NCBI GenBank assembly: GCA_051530055.1 | Contig: CM121342.1 | Location: forward strand, 11,609,480 to 11,673,479 | From: Neoechinorhynchus agilis | Taxonomy: Eukaryota > Animalia > Acanthocephala | Length of the DNA stretch: 64,000 nucleotides | Reading direction: 5' to 3' | In this document: positions 62,908 through 64,000 of the stretch, piece after piece | Position numbering within the stretch: the stretch's first letter is position 1 | How the letters are laid out: each line of letters starts with the position of its first letter | Made by a program: the position numbers and the translations under genes | The notes under the pieces: model-generated | Databases searched by the model: none | Told to the model about the DNA's origin: nothing | The model's input: only the letters and a program-made list of their open reading frames with translations

Positions 62908-63267
62908 TCAAAGATCGATTCCCCAATAATGAGACCATCGCCGTACAATCAGCTCATTTTTTAGATTCCACATAGGAACACCGACTGTTTTTTGTCCTTT
63001 TTCATTTTGTTCAATACAATCCTTAATCAATGACACTCTTCGTTGGCTTTCTGAATTCAACTTCTCATGAAGTTTCCTGCACTCCGATTGCCTATCAATA
63101 GAATGATCGCCGCTTTGTAAGGTTCGATTGATGACATTGACGATCTTATCATCCGTGTCTCTCGATCGTCGCAATGCTTGATCAAAAAGTCGCACATGAC
63201 TGCAAATATGAACGCTATCTTTAAAAAAATCGTCCAACGCGTTCACTGGTTTCTTTAAATCGCTCAT
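62908..63267 (-). CDS. MIX23: MIX23/CCDC58-like mitochondrial intermembrane protein (first exon)
   Basis: C...FDQALRRSRDTDDKIVNVIN...CRKLHEKL....RR...IKDCI...LKNELIV matches the CCDC58 pattern. The last exon is unresolved. Confidence 0.72.
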   Translation of the reverse strand: MSDLKKPVNALDDFFKDSVHICSHVRLFDQALRRSRDTDDKIVNVINRTLQSGDHSIDRQSECRKLHEKLNSESQRRVSLIKDCIEQNEKGQKTVGVPMWNLKNELIVRRWSHYWGIDL

Positions 63268-63680
63268 TTCTTTAATCCGTGAATTACCACGACGAAGTAC
63301 ACTCCTTCGAAGTACAAGTTCTTCCGACGATCGTCAGTCTTTTGTATGTCAATCGACTTCACCACATTGAACCAATTGAACGTTATTGGGTTTTTGTGTC
63401 AAAGATATCCCGGATCGTCAGTTTAAAACTTAACTGCAATTTTTTGCTTACGGTAGCGATTTGTTTCATCTTAAAGTAAGCATTCGTGTACTCCAAGAAT
63501 ACCTCACAATTCCTAATCATTTCCAGATTTGCGATATTGGGACTCATGTTCAATTGTAAATCTGAGCATGGTAACATCTAATAGATTCCAAACGCAATAT
63601 CGTTTACTTTCAATTATGTTTTAACATTGAACTAAAAAATTAAAGTAGTTTTTTATGAAGATTGGACAGCCGGTAATTTA

Positions 63681-63986
63681 TATCGATGTGTGACCTTTTA
63701 TCACACGGCTGTTAATTTTTGGGCGCACAGCCCACCGACCTTGTTCAGAGAAGTAATTCAATTACTCAAAGCACTGAACCATCCGGTACGAGTTTGTACA
63801 TTCCTCCGGATCCTCAGATACCTCCAGGAGGCTGGACTCATCAGTGAGTTTCCTCCCTTCAGCGGTATTTCGTCCCCTTTGGCTGTGCGTCATTGGTGGT
63901 AACGGATTCGAACCACTTGACCCCTAATCGGGATCACGGGCCTCCAAAAATTATCAGCCGTGTGTTAAAAAGGCCACACATTGATA
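63681..63986. mobile_element. Family D full copy: non-autonomous element with ~42-bp terminal inverted repeats
   Basis: tatcgatgtgtgaccttttatcacacggctgttaatttttgg pairs with ccaaaaattatcagccgtgtgttaaaaaggccacacattgata. The internal sequence is shared with 22850-23010. Confidence 0.8.
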
Positions 63987-64000
63987 AAGTAGTTTTATCA

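Noticed and set aside
63270-63600. 3' end of another gene on the - strand
   Set aside because: The open segments lie in different frames without usable acceptors and have no recognisable homology.
63893-63960. tRNA gene on the - strand (GGTTCGAATCC...ACCACCA)
   Set aside because: Only a T-arm-like piece is present; no acceptor 5' strand, D-arm or anticodon arm can be drawn.

Overview
AT-rich, gene-dense eukaryotic (metazoan-like) DNA with mostly short spliceosomal introns of about 45-70 nt. Recognisable genes: PI4KB (3' part), an EF-hand calmodulin-like protein, POLE, PSMG3-like and COX16-like, G-alpha-o, a triple alpha-crystallin small HSP, a group I PAK, an FKRP/LicD-like transferase, a stand-alone I29 protease inhibitor, a VWA7-like protein, DDX24, EXOC1 and MIX23. 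Mobile DNA: four degenerate CRE-like non-LTR retroelements, a Penelope-like GIY-YIG remnant, a hAT/Buster remnant, a LINE tail, an SLC17 pseudogene nested inside one CRE copy, and a decayed endogenous partitivirus-like capsid gene. The main unexplained signal is a dense population of hammerhead-ribozyme (HHR) motifs. At least six sequence-unrelated repeat families carry a type I HHR-like core with a shared architecture: a 1-nt insertion after A9, a paired stem II, and GAA + 4-nt palindrome + H. Most sit in outward-facing inverted-repeat pairs that superficially resemble MITEs. One family forms a ~26-copy 162-bp tandem array. All assignments come from reading the sequence by eye and from remembered family motifs. 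No searches or folding were run, exon boundaries are approximate, and ribozyme activity is untested.
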